From Zootoca vivipara (taxonomy: Eukaryota), in the NCBI RefSeq assembly GCF_963506605.1, contig NC_083279.1, positions 50,530,001 to 50,594,000 on the forward strand: a stretch of DNA of 64,000 bases, read 5' to 3'. Positions 63,256 through 64,000 of this stretch are shown here, one piece after another. How positions within the stretch are numbered: the stretch's first letter is position 1; the number at the start of each line of letters is the position of its first letter. A program made the translations under genes and the position numbers. The notes below the pieces were generated by a model. The model saw only the letters and a list, made by a program, of their open reading frames with translations, did no database searches and had not been told where the DNA came from.

Positions 63256-63640
63256 CAGGGGTCCCCAGACTACAGCCCATGGGCTGGATACGACCCGAAG
63301 GCCTTTTTTACCCGGCCCGCAACAACCCCTGCCGCCCACTGCCACCGCCCGCTCTTAGCAGTGCGGCGCGGTGCGGCTGCCCACTTCCGGGACGGAGGAC
63401 TGCCGAAAATACCTTGCACGCATGCACAAGTGTCATTTCCGGCGCACTTCCAGGTCAGAGGAGGCCCGTGCACATGCACACAAGCTATTTTCAGTGCTCC
63501 TCGGACCCGGAAGTGCGTCAGAAATAGTGTGTGTGCATGCGTATGGGTGCGTGCTCCCTTGCGCTCCCCTGCCCTCTGGCCCACCGCGCAATCGGCGCTG
63601 CAGGCACTGGCCCGAAGCCGGGTAAGTTTGGGGACCCCCA
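63256..63640. mobile_element. hAT-type MITE, CpG-rich
   Basis: TIRs CAGGGGTCCCCA(G)ACT and AGTTTGGGGACCCC; perfect 8-bp TSD CTCTATAC at 63248-63255 and 63641-63648. Confidence 0.93.
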
Positions 63641-63811
63641 CTCTATACAGTTTGGGACCAGTTTGCCTAGCATACCATCCCATCCTTTCTATACCTTATT
63701 GATTACTACGCTCTGCAGGAGAGAAAGGTTCCTGCAGATGCCATCCATTCCATATGATATAGGATTCAGGCCATTAATGTGCAGTGCTGTCTGCAGCTTG
63801 GCCCATCCACT

Positions 63812-63943
63812 GCCATCACTGGCATCTGTCAGTCTCCGGAGACAATGGACAAGTGTGCCTTCTGGGGTGAAGTCAAAGCATTGGAGAGTTAAGGCGCCTG
63901 CTGTGGCTATAGAGACCACTACAGGCGATACATGTTTTGTTGA
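63812..63943 (-). mobile_element. RTE-clade 3' end relic (a third RTE family)
   Basis: Antisense reads NKTCIACSGLYSHSRR, similar to the RTE terminal C...C.SRIGL.SH.RR motif, followed by a 3' UTR. Confidence 0.6.
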
Positions 63944-64000
63944 GCCCTTTTAAGCACCCAGTTACTTGCCAAATTTCCCCAATAACATAGATAAGTTACA

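Noticed and set aside
63132-63953. Four overlapping ORFs of 130-170 aa
   Set aside because: All span the GC-rich hAT MITE bounded by a perfect TSD

Overview
Eukaryotic, AT-rich, CpG-depleted DNA. The repeat set (BovB, Sauria/Squam1 SINE, MIR-derived Squam3-like SINE, L2, L1, RTE, Penelope-like relics, hAT and Tc1/mariner MITEs) points to a squamate reptile, most likely a lacertid lizard; this is inferred from remembered repeat consensi, with no search run. I found no intact host gene, so the window looks intronic or intergenic. The one recognisable host-gene sequence is about 103 codons of the ZBTB24 C-terminal region (44660-44968, minus strand), fused in the same orientation to an L2 LINE 3' end and its tail, which suggests a template-switch chimeric retrocopy. 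Other notable items: an RTE copy with an inverted endonuclease segment, a TSD-flanked Penelope-like insert carrying a truncated hammerhead ribozyme core, a young Tc1 derivative with 56-bp TIRs, several repair-type templated duplications at TE junctions, nested insertions, CpG-retaining unique blocks that may be enhancers, and a few weak candidate exons. There are no prokaryotic features such as CRISPR arrays or operons. Family names are from memory and should be confirmed with Dfam/RepeatMasker and BLAST.
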